The notes: generated from the sequence alone by a model not told the origin. 64,000 bases of DNA from Octopus vulgaris (GCA_951406725.2 OX597830.1:1426001-1490000); one strand, 5' to 3'. Shown: positions 1-14,211, numbered from the stretch's first letter. Numbers and translations are program-made.

Positions 1-1779
1 TAACCACACACCATTTCTGTGTACGTAATAAAATATTACATGGTATTTTATACTTGGTATATGCAGCAAACGAATCTATGTTTCTTAGAAGAGAATATTA
101 TATTCTTACAAAATTTATTGTTAAGTGTTTGATAGCTTCAATAAACGAAAATCCTTTAAAAACATACAGTAGACTTTATTGATTGTTGCTTTCATTGACT
201 TATTTGTTGTAAAGAAATCAACACATAATTATGATAAATCTTCTACAAAATTGCTGGCCTTTGTTGCTCTCAAAACTGAGTTTCTTTATAGAAAATATGC
301 AGATTGGCAATGAATAGGTAAATGCATAAACCTACATTACATTATTCTTAGGCTGCATTAATCAAATGATGTATAGCAATATTCATCTAGATATACATAA
401 ATTCATATGCACACTATAATATTCATATATATAAATTTATGAATATATGCAATGTGAGTATATTTGAGGATGTGTTAGCATAAATAAAATATATAAGAAT
501 TATATGCAATGCATAAGTCAGAAAATATGTCTACATATGCATGTATGAATAAATATATGTATATATATAGGAAAGGTCACAGCAAAATAAACAATACTTT
601 TTTCACAATGTGCAGAGATTTTTTATTACACTTTGAACTAAAATCTGGTGTGAAACCAAGCAAATTTTACAGTCTTCAGCAGAGAACGAAAAATCATATG
701 GCCTTCGTGATTTCATACTTTTTAACTCTTGAAGTACAAAGGGTTTTCTCTGTCTTTAATGAGAAATCAGCCATTTTCTCATCCAATACTGCATAAGACG
801 TTAATATGTTTCGTTTGTGATCATATTTTTGAACTAAAAGAGAGCCTCAGTTGGTTTGCTGTCCTTTAGAAATAGCGGCTAAATTTCTTTCAATTCAAAA
901 GTCTCCATCTTTGAAAGGCAAAGGACAGTGGACAAAATATGTCCCAGAAATGGAATAAATTAGTTGTGAGTTTGGAAAATAAAATACTTGACGATTTTAT
1001 CATAGGTTTAGGTTGAACTTATGTTGAATTCTTTGAACATTTGACAGGCTCTCGGGAACAAGTAGAAGGAACAGAGACTGATCTGGAAATGCATCAAACA
1101 CTTGCAAATGGCTGCGAAAACGTACGGCACTTGGGTCACGCAGTGTAATTAACGCAAGTGACTGATTGAGACACCTTCCTAATGCTATGTGCATCTGGAT
1201 CGAACGCAAAACATGACGTTGTCCAGAAAGTGTCCAAATCACACAGTCGTTTGCGTAAGTATCACAATGTCTGTGTAAAAATTTCACGTATTTGTGCTTG
1301 TGAGTTCGTAAGGAAAGACAGGTGTAACATTTGTATGTGTGTGCTTGATTGTTTTGGAGGAGAGAGAGAGAGGGAGAGAGAGAGAGAGAAAGAGAGGGAG
1401 AGAGGGAAATAATTTTGCCATTACACAGGGATTTCAGAAATACATGACAGCTATATATGAGTGTGACAAACATACATAATCTCTATTATTTTTCTAGAGT
1501 AAACCGTTTTTCTTTGATAACAACAAGCACTAAGATTTAATTTTTAGTAACAGAGACTTCACTAATAAATCTAAACCCGAATTTGTTTGTCATTTTCTAA
1601 ATATCAAATGATAATTATAATTTGGTGCAAATATTTCAATGTTCGACCATGGATACAGTTATATTTGAGTGGAGACAGTTCGAAATGTTCTTGTGAAATA
1701 AAGCAGCACACGTGTGCCCCTGGTGAGGGATAGAAATCTCAAATTGGGATCAATGATAAGAGGTGGAATGACCAATCAT

Positions 1780-2290
1780 ATTGCAGTTGCCGTGAAAAAT
1801 CTGAGATTATCGTTAGAACAATAAAAAGAGCATTTACAGAGATCGATAATGACACACCTTGAAATCGCTTCAGTTGTACGATGGGACTCTATATCAAATA
1901 TAATGTTATTACTTGGAGACCATGCTTTATCGAGAATTAGAATCTGGTTGGGAACATGCAGCATTAGAGGAGCTCTGCTATAAGGCCAGTTATAGAACGT
2001 ATTTATGATTTAGCATCAATGATCGTCAGATTGAGAAAAAGAAATTTTACAAACGTCTATAAGATGATAGTAAGTGAAGTGAACGTTGACAGAGATAATA
2101 TCTTGAGAATTATATCTGTAATCAATGAAAGGCTTTTGAAAAAGATTAAAGTGATGCAGAGAAGCTACAATCGATGAGGAATCTTCTCAAACGGGTTTCA
2201 TACGAAGTGGAATGGATTACCAAGGGAAGTTATCGAGATAAAAAATATAAGATTTCACTCCAATAATATGAAGGATAAATATCAGAAAAA
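1780..2290 (+). mobile_element. Highly decayed CR1/L2-group LINE 3' remnant
   Basis: Hand translation gives RLRKRNFTNVYKMIVSEVNVDRD...IFSNGFHTKWNGLPREVIE, resembling the CR1 ORF2 C-terminus (RRLRGDLI.VYK...FFS.RVV..WN.LP.EVV); stops present. Confidence 0.55.
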
Positions 2291-4354
2291 AAGAAACTTG
2301 AAACATATTGCTCATACGCGGAAGTACTACATAAAGAATGAGTCAATATTTGCGGTTTGTGCTTATCGGTTGGGAAAGAAACAAAAAAATATTGTAATAT
2401 TAAATACCAGCGATTTCCTAACCGAGTGTGGAACTACACGAAAATTGCTTATTCCATTGCGCGCGTGCACACACGCATGTATACGTACAAACATACCTAC
2501 ACATATATATATGAATGTGTGCTTTTACATATCTATCTAAGGACGTATGCACGTCTGTATTTCTTTGAACATCTCTTATCTTCTTAACTCCAATATACAG
2601 AAATGTAACCTTTGAAATATCGAAGGCTGGAAGATAAAATTAGTTATTAATACATCTAACTCAAAATGCTTAAGAATATTGGCCTCTGTATCCTTAAATC
2701 ACATCGGGACATTTCAGTTTGAAGTGGGGTGGACATACAGATCAATATTTGACATTATCAGTTTATATGAAATGAAATGACACAGCTCAGAAAAGCTGAT
2801 GGCTAGATATTGATGGAACTCAAGCAGACATCATACAGAAATTCATCGTTTAACCATTTTCCATTCCCTCCCATATTTTACCTTGTGCATTCTACTGCTC
2901 TCAGATTCCGCTATTCCTCCCGTCTTCCAAAACATCCGCTTCTCTTCTTCAAACGACCTTCTGGTCAGCATCTTCTTAGTCCCCCACCACACCCTATCAC
3001 AGTCAAGGGACTGTGTTTCTCTCCCTAACCGACACATTTCAGAAGCTGTTACTAAGATGCCACAAATGTTGCATCGATTTCCTTCCACCAACGCTCATAC
3101 TCGCAATATCTTACGATCAAAATCACATCACAGTCTTTGCCTCTGCATAGCTTTAGCTTATCCACTCATACCCCACTCCACATTTACTTTCCATAAAACG
3201 TTTCTTATTCTTTACGATAACGTCATTATTCATTTCCAATCTTTTTCATGTAACTTATTCAATCGGATAGAGGCCAATTACATCGGTCACTTCAGCCGAT
3301 TCAAACGCATGTAAATATGCAAGAATTTTTAAAGCCGATTCCTCATATACCGACGTGCAAGGTCAATATTAATGATAGATTTAGTAAACTCGGACGTTTT
3401 AGTTAATAATTACATATTTATTGATGCACGCTAATATCTAATGTTAAACTATATAAAACTAATGATGTGCTTATTAGAGAAACTAATAAGCCTGATATTT
3501 AATGCCTGAGTATGTTTCCAAAATATTAACTATCAACAAGATTTTCACTAATTTTTCCGATATCTAAGCATTTTAATCTAAATGAAACATTCCCATCTAC
3601 AGCCAATTGATGAACATTTGAATTAAAATGTCAATATCCAGAACATAGGACAGCATTGTATTGAAGTCCCGAGAAAGTTCTGTTATCTGAAGAGACATTC
3701 TGGTAATTTCATTCAAACAAATTTTTACTGTCATCCTTAGAGACTTATCCAAAATGTCATAAAACAGAAAATCGATGTACTTGACGCGCTCCCACCCCCG
3801 AAATAGTTTGCGTCAAAATTTGAAACCAATAGTCTACATTTAATTAAACTTAGCATGGACATAACTTCTCAAACGATATGACTTCTGATTAAATGTTATC
3901 CTGAGTTTAACTTCCAAATACTGTATCCACCTTAATATGATATTACCTATGTTCCTTTAATTATCCCCGGTAATTATATCACAACAATGTATTTTATTAG
4001 ACCAATGTAAGGATATGGTATAGATATTTGTATCTCTTTAATTATTTATTAACGCTATTATTTTAATTAAACTCATTGACCTCAAAAGGAATACCTGAGT
4101 CAACCCAGCAAAATTCTTTTTATTATTTGATAGCAAAAGATATTTTTTCTTTGTGTCCTTACACGTAAGAAATACTGATTCGATTTGACTTTTGGAGAAC
4201 TTGAAATATTCTACCGAATAAACAATAATATAATGCTCTCATCATTTTATGCTCAAATATTTTGACTTATAGACTCTTTAAGAGCTTTGTGCTGTACAAA
4301 ATTATATAATAGGGATTTTACACACTGAAAATTTACAAATTTACAACTTAGATG

Positions 4355-5265
4355 AATGGGGAAAAATTCAATCGCAGTCATTTTTATGCTACCTGTGGAA
4401 CAATGGGCAGAATGCAAGTGCAGTGGCAACAAAAATTAAGGACGTGGGAATCCCAGGAACTGTCGACGAAGTTGTGGCACAAAATTGATTCAAATGTTTC
4501 ATAGAAGGTGACACTAGCTTCGAAAACAACCTAGGGTCAGTGAATACTTATTGTAGAAGGTGAGGCTTTGCTTGGAATGGTTAAACAACCAAGCACAAAC
4601 ACTCGGAATTTGTCAGAACTTGGTCCGAAGTAGGGCACCATCAATCAAAATCTCTACATGCTGGGCCTTGTGAACAGACTTGAGAAGCTTCTCGTAAAAT
4701 GACCAACAAACATACTCAGCATCGTTTGAATATTTATAAACAATTGCCGAAAAATTCTCGAGATTCCCATTTTGGGCGTTGAATTATATATGTGGGGAAG
4801 AGAAACAACAGTGTTTTGAACAGAATGCCATGTTGTTTATTTTGTGGAATTTCCAGTGGATGTCTCAGATGCCGTGAATCGTAATATTTAGGCTCAACAA
4901 CCCTAGCAAATATATGATATTTAGGAAGTCTGCTACCCAACATTGACCAAAGACAGGAACTCTTGCAGCAAAGCAATGTCTTGTCACACACTAGCTATAA
5001 GACCAAACACAAACTTGAAGTACGTAAGTGTCTTATGGTGCTGGAAGCACTGCTTCAGCCTACCTACAATCCAAAATTTGCACCATCAGTTTACCATATT
5101 TTTCAAGTCTTAGTTCAAATCCTGTGTGGAAGGTGGTTCAACAAAGTGAATGAGGTTGAAAACAGGTGCAGCGAGTTTTTTGCCTCAAAATCAACCAAAT
5201 GCTACAAGCCTAAAATCGAGCTTTCGGCAGAATGATGGCTACAGATAATAGAATATAAGGGTCTT
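4355..5265 (+). pseudogene. Mariner (Tc1/mariner superfamily) transposase pseudogene
   Basis: N-terminus reads YLWNNGQNASAVATKIKDV..GTVDEVVAQN*FKCFIEGDTSFE (mariner HTH region). ORF 4963-5235 has QQSNVLSHT...LLQPTYNPKFAPSVYHIF...EFFASK, the degenerate HDNARPH / HPPYSPDLAPSDYHLF motifs. Many stops and frameshifts. Confidence 0.85.
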
Positions 5266-5555
5266 GGCTTAGTGGTTATCGCAATCATGATAGTGAGTTC
5301 AATTCTCGGACCGGGCTGTGAGTTGTGTTCTTAAGCAAGACAATATATTTCACGTTACTCCAGTTCACTCAACTGTAGAAAGGAGTTTCCACGCTTTATT
5401 GGCCTTTGCCTTTCCTTTGGACAACATTGGTGACGTGGAGCGAGGAGACTGGTATGCTGGTCTTCTATAAACAATCGTGCTCGGACTTGTGCCCAAGTGA
5501 GGAACTTTCTAAATGCAACCCCAGCGTTATTAATGACCGTGCGCGCTCTTTAGCC
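5266..5555 (+). mobile_element. tRNA-derived CORE-type SINE (diverged copy)
   Basis: A box GGCTTAGTGG, B box GAGTTCAATTC, CORE-like TGTGTTCTTAAGCAAGAC. Colinear with the reverse complement of the SINE at 24649-24983. Confidence 0.8.
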
Positions 5556-5737
5556 ATTACCCTATTTTTCTGAATACACGCTTTTCGTATGTGATATGTT
5601 TGAAATATAAATTAAAGCTTGAAATACGAAAAACTTTGACTGAACCCGGTACATAGCTGTATTGGCAAAAGTTTAATTTTCCACTAGAAATGAAATTCTT
5701 TCGTATTTAAAGGAACTATATCATGGGAGACCGAATT

Positions 5738-6824
5738 TTGTTAGTTACTTAGTTAATTTTTGGCTCAAAAAGCAAAAAGCAAGGCCATGTAGGGGAACAC
5801 GGAGTTATGTACTGGGTGGTGTTCATGTAAAGAGTTCAGGCCACTTGTGGTCAAGGGAGACTTTGAACCGAGCGGTCGTCGGCATCTTCACCATCTCGTC
5901 CGGCAGCTTATTCCACGGATCCGCAACCCGAACGGAGAAAGCCCCTCTCCTTCGATTGAGATGAAATCGTCGCAGATAGAGCTTTTCGGAGTGACCCCGC
6001 AGCCGACGCTGTGGAGCAGGAGTGAAGAACAGCTCTTTCGAGAGGTTACACTTTCCGCTTATGATGTTGTGAGCAAGAATGAGATCACCACGGCGTCGTC
6101 GTTTTTCTAGAGAATAAAGGTCGAGCGTCTTCAGCCTTTCTTCTTAAGACAAATTCTTGAGACCAAGAACCATGCGGGTAGCCAACTTCTGGACTCTTTC
6201 GAGATGCTGTATGTCTTTGAGGATATAAGGAGAAGAGACTTGAATCCCGTACTCCAATATGGGTCTCACCAGCGTGACATAGAGCGGTAGGAATATGGCT
6301 GCTGTGAGCATTCCGAATGACCGTCGAATCAAGAACAGAACTCCGCGTGCTTTGTTGGCAGCATGGACGCACTGGGCCGAAGGCGAAAAGGAGGAATCCA
6401 CCAAGATACCCATGTCCTTTACCTGGGCGGTCCTCTCCAGCAACAGATGACCCGGCTCGAAATCAAGTTGGGTTGCAGGAGGAGAGCCAACAGACAGATG
6501 ACAACACTTTGACACGTTCAGACACAGGTCCCATTCGTTAGACCATCTCCAAACTTGGTGGAGGCATCGATGAAGATCCTCTATATCACCGCGAGGAGCG
6601 ACCAGTTTGACATCGTCGGCAAATAGAAGGGTGTGTTGCGTGAGGTCGTCGGGCAAGTCATTTATGAAGACTAAGAACAATAAGGGCCCAAGCACTGAAC
6701 CTTGAGGCACGCCACTGCTCGCACTGGAGACGTCGGACAGCGAAACATTAACTTGGACTTGGAAGGAGCGATCTGAGAGGAAGGCACCAACCCATCGTAC
6801 AATATCCGGATGGATTATTAACAT
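5738..6824 (-). mobile_element. 5'-truncated CR1/L2-group LINE (RT C-terminal half, 3'UTR, TAAC-like tail)
   Basis: ORF 6144-6824 has GVPQGSVLGPLLFLVFINDLP and FADDVKL. After an in-frame stop it continues EERLKTLDLYSLEKRRRRGDLI...WNKLP. Tail reads TAACTAAGTAACTAAC on minus. Confidence 0.92.
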
Positions 6825-6947
6825 TCAGCATTTAGCTGTCACATATTCCCAGGTTACGGCATATTATTCGAATTTGAGAACTAATTCTACAGTATGTCGA
6901 ACTAACTTCATTGTGTAGTTTGAAAACTAAATTTCAATTCATTTATA

Positions 6948-7120
6948 GACTAAAAATGACCCGCTCTACGCGCGGGTAAGTGTGTGGTTGTTAATTTATG
7001 TTGCTTCAAATCTGTTTCTTATTGCTACGTTCTCCCTCTTTGTTTCTCTCTTTCTCTTTCACCTTTCCACTCTCTTACTCTTCCTTTCTCTCGATCTCTC
7101 CCTCGCTTTTTCTTACGCGT
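6948..7120 (-). mobile_element. Possible Helitron-like 3' end remnant
   Basis: ACCCGC-TCTACGC-GCGGGT hairpin close to a degenerate CTAG-like end (minus strand TTAG), next to a CT-rich tract. Confidence 0.3.
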
Positions 7121-7542
7121 GCACGTAAAAATCACAAAAATAATTCAAAATTAATAATAATTATTAATAATTCACCGCAGGATGTTACTTTATCTATTTC
7201 ATTTTTACTGGTGTTATCACGCTTTTATAATTGGTATCTCGCTATATTTATGATATACCATAGAAAATACGATTGAGACCCAGGTTTTAAAAACCAGCCC
7301 TTTCCTCTATCACCTGCTATAATCTAGCGTATCATGCTAACTAAATAAGCAATTAGTTTCAATGCAAATGGTTGCTATGTACGGAATGGGACCTTAGCCT
7401 CTGGAAGTTGTGCGATAATTTAAATTTTGTTGGCCAGAAATAGGATTAGGAATCAATCTAATTTATATATACGTAATTAATCCTCTACATATTTTGGTGC
7501 ATGTATTTAATCGTATATATATGAATGAATGTTTCTTATATA

Positions 7543-7543
7543 A

Positions 7544-7609
<66 letters not shown>

Positions 7610-7623
7610 GTGTGTGTGTGTGT
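7543..7623. repeat. (TG)n microsatellite
   Basis: Seen directly in the sequence. Confidence 0.95.
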
Positions 7624-7799
7624 TGTTATGCCTATATAAGATCAGGTGGCAAAACGGAATTGATATTTTGGCTACGGAAATATCCCGATGGGAATTCAAT
7701 ATATCTTTCTCCCATTGAAGGATTATGTAAATATATACAGCGTCTGTAACTATCCTAATATATAACACCCATAATGTATAAACACACACACACATGTTT

Positions 7800-8900
7800 T
7801 GAAGTTAAGGCAGCCAACAATGGGAAAGGAAATAAAATTATGACACAACCACATTTATTCGATATGGTCACCTATGTTTCTAATCACAGCTATAAATCTA
7901 AGTGCGTATGTTTCATACGCGGCGCGCAGATGTTCTTGCGGAATCCAAGCCCATTTCTGGCGCAGTTTTGCTTTCAGTGAAATCCAACGGACTGAGTTCG
8001 CGGTTTCTTGTGGGCCATACACCCTTACCTGTGAACGACAGAATATTTTTCTGAAACCAGTGTTATGTCTGTCTAAAGTTATGGGATGGTGCCGAATTAT
8101 GCTGGACAATTCAAGGAGCGCCTTGAAAGTGTTCATTTGCAGATGGAAGTAGTTCAGCTTCTAGAATGTTGGCAATGTATCAGTGGTTATTAATGTTAAC
8201 GACCGAGGACACAAAAATGAGGGGAGACCTTCCAATGGCTGTCACAACTGCCCAAACCATAACTGGATGTGGGGTTTGACGTCGATTTACTAGTCTAGCC
8301 TCGACGGAGTATGATACACTCCAAAATCGATCATTCTGGTGGTTTACTATCTATTCGATGACAAATTTCTTTTCATCAGTGCTTGGACACCAAGCCTTCA
8401 GCAACCTGCCGCAGGATAAGACGAATATTCTCCAATCTCATGGCCTTATAAACTTGCGTGAGCTCCTGGCGGCGGATCCGTTTGATATTTGGCTTAATTT
8501 TGCTGTGGCAGCCAGTTTTCTGTTGGAACAACGAGGCTTTCGCCCTATCGTTTCTCTATTACGTTTGATTGATAAGCTAAGGGTCCACACACTTCGGTTA
8601 CGTTCAGGACGATCAGCGGTGGTACTTGTCTCTTGAAATTTCTTGACACTTTTCCAGACAGTAGTGCGGTTAATTTTAAGCTTTTTGGTATAGCTTTGTT
8701 ACTTTCGACTCCTTTAAGGAGGGTTATGGTTGAATTTCGGTCCATAGCCATTATCTAATTAATAAATCTGAATTTTAGTCTGAAAGGAAAAGAAGACACA
8801 TTAAGCTTTCATAATGATGGATAATTTTCATATCTTATCACACTGATTGACAATTATTAAAGATCGAATCTTCGGTTGCCCTAATTATGGGACACCCTGT
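7800..8900 (-). pseudogene. Tc1/mariner-superfamily (maT/DD37D-like) transposase pseudogene with one recognisable TIR
   Basis: Minus-strand translation across frameshifts: KLKINRTTVWKSVKKFQET...TDEKKFVIE*IVNHQNDRFW...PVMVWAVVTAIGRSPLIFV...ILEAELLPSANEHF...VQHNSAPSH...WPTRNRELSPLDF. End at about 8899 reads CAGGGTGTCCCATAATT on minus. Confidence 0.85.
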
Positions 8901-8902
8901 GC

Positions 8903-8973
<71 letters not shown>

Positions 8974-9388
8974 TAGGAATTAATAGTATATTAAAAGAAT
9001 TAGAGATTATGTTCAAAATAACAGGCCAATGCATAATTATATTATTATTATGTGAGCGTCACATCTCCAGTAGTCTTGTTTTTGTTCTGGCAGAAATTAT
9101 TTGTAACCTTTGCCAAAAATATTTTACTTGATTTAGTTCTTGTTTTCTCTCATTGCAGAATTGCAAAATAATTATTGTCAGAAATAAACGAAAACTTGGA
9201 TACAGACAATACGAAGTATTAGTAGTAGTAGCAGCAGTTGTAGTTGTAGTAGTAACGATATTTTTCTATGTCAGATTAAGGAAAGAGCACTTGTTCTACT
9301 TTGTGCAAACTATGTAACTAACATTTCACCAGGCTACGTAGCTTCTCACCGTTCAATAGCCATGTTTTAATGTATTTGCTTCTTGTAA

Positions 9389-9776
9389 TCTCTCTCTATA
9401 TAAACGGCAGTTTGTCTGTGTGTGTTTCTGTGTGTCTGTTTGCTTGTACCCTCACCCTGACCACGGCTTTCAACCGATTCTGATGAAACTTGACACACAC
9501 ATAGCCCAATGTCATAATTCAAAACTAACGCAGCGAAAATTTTGAAAAGTTCCCCCAGTTCTGAAAAAAATCGATAAATTCGACATGGGGTCGAGAATCA
9601 GAAACCCAAACCACAGACCGTCTAGGGGACGCAACTCCACCTTTTTTAACTCTCAAAAAAACTTTACCATCATTTTTTTACCATTTTTTTTTGCTATTTT
9701 TTTGGCTATAACTCTCTAAAAATGCTTTATAGTTATTTCCCTTACAAACCCGAGCAGCGCCGGGCGATACTGCTAG
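9389..9776 (+). mobile_element. Non-autonomous Helitron with both termini (388 bp)
   Basis: Starts TC at 9389 after A and ends CTAG (9773-9776) before T, i.e. an A/T insertion with no TSD. Subterminal hairpin CCCG-AGCAGCGC-CGGG at 9749-9764. Internal (TGTC/TG) tract and AACCGATTCTGATGAAACTTG motif. Confidence 0.85.
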
Positions 9777-9862
9777 TATACTATAAACTCGCAGGTCGAA
9801 CAAATCATTTTAATATATATAATATATACTGTTTTTATTTCTCTTTCTGTTTAGTTTCATTA

Positions 9863-9898
9863 TTTTCTGTTGAAGAGCGTTGGCTCGAAACGTAAAGG
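9863..9898 (+). ncRNA. Minimal hammerhead-like motif (variant core) in a short Penelope-like repeat
   Basis: tttt CTGTTGA A GAGC-gttg-GCTC GAAA CG TA aagg. Homologous copy on minus at 14212-14247 with shared downstream sequence. Confidence 0.5.
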
Positions 9899-10201
9899 AC
9901 TCTCACTTTACTGAGCATGAAACTAATACACCTGCTTGTTCATACACCTGTCTTCGTCTTTTGTTTTTTTGTAAATTTAATCTATATGTGTGCGCGCGCA
10001 CGTATGTGTGTATACACCTGTGTGCGCGTGTGCGTATGTTTACATGAATATCCATTTCTTTCATTCATTGGACTGCGGGCATTTAATCTCTTAGGCCGGA
10101 CCGGAAGGTTGCATAAACAGACACATATGTGTAAATGTGTATGTATATATATATATATAAACTTACTTTGAAATGGATGATTGGCGTTTAATCATAATAG
10201 A

Positions 10202-10243
<42 letters not shown>

Positions 10244-10973
10244 ATACATGTGTGTCTGTGTGTGTATGTGTGTGTGCATATATGGGTAGAGGACGATAGA
10301 AAACGTAAACATGGAATACGAAGACGAATTACAAAAACATGAACTACAAAGGTAAACTTGGTATGCGAACAACGAGAGAAACAAATGGAAAGCAAGACAA
10401 GTTACATAAAGAGCGACCCTTCATCAGTTGTCGGTTGTTCATCTATTCCATATTTCTAGCAATTAACGAGAATATCAGGCTTCAAAAAATAGTTGCTCCC
10501 GTGAAGAAAAATAAAATTTGGAATTTGCGGAGGGTCAAAGTTTGTAACAAAAACAGGACGATGGAGACATACAGCAAACCAAACAAAAACAAAGGTAGCA
10601 AACACTGGAATAATATTCTTTGACAAGAGAAAAGATAGCAGAGGAAACATAAGAATGCGTCTGGTCTGTTCGACAGACCGAAGGAAATGATGATCACATG
10701 AGGAAAAGATGGACGATGGTCACATGTGAGCAACGAGAGAGAGTAAAGGATGAAGAGAGAGAGAGAGAGAGAGAGACAGAGACAGACAGACACAGAAAAC
10801 GCTGAAGTGGAGAAAAAGAATTACAGAAAGGATGAAAAAGATGAAAGTGGGAGAAGGGGAGAGAAGAATTAGAGAAAGGGAGGGAGAGAGAACAGTGCAG
10901 GGTTCATCAAAATTATTAAGATAAACTTACTTGGAATTGGATGCGCGACGTTTAATCACGTAATAAATAGTAC

Positions 10974-11034
<61 letters not shown>

Positions 11035-11629
11035 TACAAGACGAGCTACTTTCAATCTGCGTCTACCATATCCACTCACAAGATATAAAAGAATATAAGT
11101 CTGATACATATATACAATAACTTTTGACTTGTAATAAATCCGTAAATGTGCTAGAAATATTCAGGAATTCTTTAGTTCTGTCTCGAACGTAAATGTTGCA
11201 AGACAGCCAATTTCTGAAAACCACTAATGTGAAGGAAATAAAATTTTGACAATACAATTTACATAAGGTGAATACAAATGGTTTTCTATATAAAGTTGGT
11301 GCACGAAATTGAAGACTTTTATTTGGCGAAATTAGTTTATTTGGCTCATAAAGCCAAGTATGACAACAATTTGTCAAGTTCTAATAAAAACATTCATAAT
11401 TCTGTTTAAAAGGTTACAATACTTAAGTAACCTCTCCATATCCCTTTGTCTGTTGCATTGGAGGAAATATTTTGCAAACATTAAGAAACTGACAGCTAAT
11501 AGCAACATCATCGCACTCATGTTTACAGAGAATCGAAATAAAATATTCTTCTTTTTCTGGACAACTAAAATCTATTTTTTGAACAAAACAATTCCATTTA
11601 GATTTGTTGTTGATTCTGCGCTTTTTGCT

Positions 11630-11960
11630 CTCCTTCCTCCACTATTCCTCCTCCTCTTCCTCATCATCCTTACAGCCCCCGTCGTCACTGCCGCCATTAT
11701 TCAATCATCATCACAGCTGCCACTGGTGTTGTCATAGCCTTCCATGACAACACCATCTTCATACTTATCATCGTCATTGCTGTAATGCTTTTCGTTATTG
11801 ATATCGTAGCCATCATTATGGTTATCGTTCACATCATCTTCACAAATATCTACATCGTCATCATCATCATCATCATCATTACCATCTTCACCGTTAGCAT
11901 CTTAACCATCTCCATCCTCATCATTATCATCGTAATTGTCATCTTCATCATCATTACCAA
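11630..11960. repeat. Degenerate (ATC)n low-complexity tract
   Basis: Repeated CATCATCAT units; explains the Ile-rich ORF 11785-12099. Confidence 0.85.
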
Positions 11961-12884
11961 TGAAAAAAAAAACCCAAAATGTTTCCAAGCACACAGATTA
12001 CACAAGATAAAAATAGATTTACGATTTTTAAGATTACTTTTTTCATGTTATCTCTTTACTAAGTCTAAATTCTTTGACTTTTGGCAAAAGCCAGTTTAGT
12101 TTAAGGTATAGTCTTAAACTGGAGCCCTCGCTATACAGAGACAGAAAAAAAATGAAAATAAAACTGGTCTGCAATAATTATAAGAAATTTGACAAATCTC
12201 TACCTGCAGCGACAGAAAAGTAGTAATTCTGGCTAAGTTAAAGAAAATTGGATTATAAAGTGCAGGTGAAAGTTTAAATCTGAACTACAGGAAGCGCAGG
12301 CAGTTACTTGAATTAGTCTGCTGAGTTGTACATATTTATGTATTCGTTTGTATTTCAGAAGATATTCAGGGAAAATGACTTCAGTCTATATTGAGATTAA
12401 GATGAATATTTCGATGATGTTGTTTAGGTCCAGGTCAGCCATGAACGCAAACATCTCATCAAAGAAATTATTTGCTTTCTCAATCCTGTATTGTATTTCC
12501 GATATTGCATTTGTGACAATACATTAACAAATAGGTTTACTGCTTCATGATTACACGAAATGCAATATAAAGGAGAATTTTGCAAATATTTTAACAGGTC
12601 GCAAGACCACATAAAGACACCATGTTTTGTGTCTGCTATTTTGTCTGGTTTTAAAGAAAGCAGTTTAACAATCATTCAAATTATTCAGAATTGTAATATT
12701 ATTCTGAAGGTGATACGCATACAAATCTACATAAGTATATGATACATATAGACATAGATATATAGGCGTATGTGTATACACACACATATATATATACATA
12801 CATAAATATATATGTATATATGTATCTGTATGCATGCATATGTAGATACGTACATATCTGTATGTCTTTATCTCTGTTTCTGTC

Positions 12885-13049
12885 CTTCATCACGGTTTCA
12901 AGACCGGTGTTGCTGTGTTGACGTCCACATAACATAGCGGGTCGGCAAAAGGGACCGAGATAATAAGTACCAGGCTTTAAAAAAGAAGTCTAAGGGTCAA
13001 TTTGTTTCGACATGGTGTCACAGCATGACTTCAGTCAAAAATGACGGAA

Positions 13050-13051
<2 letters not shown>
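12885..13051 (+). mobile_element. 3' half of a SINE with LINE-like tail
   Basis: ATAAGTACCAGGCTTTAAAA...GGTGTCACAGCATGACTTCAGTCAAAAATGACGGAAAC matches the SINEs at 47480 and 60505. Confidence 0.7.
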
Positions 13052-13089
<38 letters not shown>

Positions 13090-13097
13090 TATTTATT

Positions 13098-13790
13098 ACA
13101 TTGTAATCATCGTTGAAACCATGGATCAGCTTCAGACCATGCTGACGGAGCTCGACATCAAAAGCTCTGTAGTAGGTCTCAAGATGAACCGCAAGAAAAC
13201 GAAGTTCATGAAGTCAGACAACGCACCAACAGGTCGAATGGTGGTCGGCATTGATGAAATAGAGGAGGTAAAGGAATATGTCTACCTGGAACAGGAATTG
13301 AATATGTGCCGAAACAGCGAAAAGGAGATCTCGCGGAGAGTAAGGACCGGATGGAGGCGTTCAATGGCATAAGGGATGTGCCCAAGAGAAGGTTGGACAG
13401 GACCACCCGCGCCAACCTCATCAATCGCACAATGGGCTACAACAAAGAGAGAAGAACAGAGATTGGTAATGGCTCAAGAAGCCATGGAGAGGTCAATGCT
13501 TGGAATCTCGTTGAGAGAGTACATCAGTAGAGAGATCATCAGACAGAAGTCCGGTGTGAGAGATGTCATCGTAGAATATACACGCAGTAAGTATAGATGG
13601 GCTGAACACGTTGCCCGGATCACCGGTAATCGGTGGACCCGCGCATTTGAGGGGTGCCCGCGCGAGTGGAAACGACCACTTGGAAGGCCTCCATAACGGT
13701 GGAATTACGATTTCAGGAGGGCGATTGGGATCACGTGGATGAGGAAGGCACGATCCAAAGACGACTGGTCGATCAAGGTGATCAAGGTTA
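13098..13790 (+). mobile_element. RTE-clade LINE 3' fragment (frameshifted)
   Basis: LQTMLTEL...GLKMNRKKTKFM...IEEVKEYVYL...EISRRVRTGW, then AMERSMLGISL...KYRWAEHVAR...PREWKRPLGRPP. Confidence 0.9.
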
Positions 13791-13809
13791 TATATATTCA
13801 CGTGATGTC

Positions 13810-14100
13810 ACGTGGCGCAGTGCATTAGATCGTAAGGTCAGGATTTTTATTTTCGTCTGCACATCATGTTTTTGAGCAAGTCACTTTATTTCACAATGTT
13901 GTAGTCCACTGAACAACCGAAGTAGTACCTGTATCTCAAAGGGCCAACATTTTCACACTTAGTGTCACGGTGATTCGTTCTACGTTAAGTGTACGCGTGC
14001 CTGTGGAGTGCTCAGCCACTTGTACATCAATTTCATGAGTTGGCTGCTCTGTTGACCGAATCAATTGGAATCATCGTCGTCGTAACAAACAAGTTTGTCT
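13810..14100 (+). mobile_element. Degenerate CORE-type SINE
   Basis: GTGGCGCAGTG A-box-like start; TGAGCAAGTCACTTTATTTCAC core shared with the other SINEs in the window. Confidence 0.6.
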
Positions 14101-14211
14101 GTAATATATATATATATATGTGTGTGTAGTTCAAATTTATATAAAAGAGACGAAGACAGTTGAAGAAACAAGCAGGTGTATTCGTTTAACACTTGTGAAG
14201 AATGGAAAACT

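Noticed and set aside
1048-1255. Segment bounded by a possible acceptor (TGACAG) and donor (GTAAGT)
   Set aside because: All three frames contain stops and no protein similarity is recognisable; at most a non-coding exon, which I cannot support.
2880-3110. Possible RTE-like remnant on the minus strand
   Set aside because: No diagnostic motif could be read with confidence.
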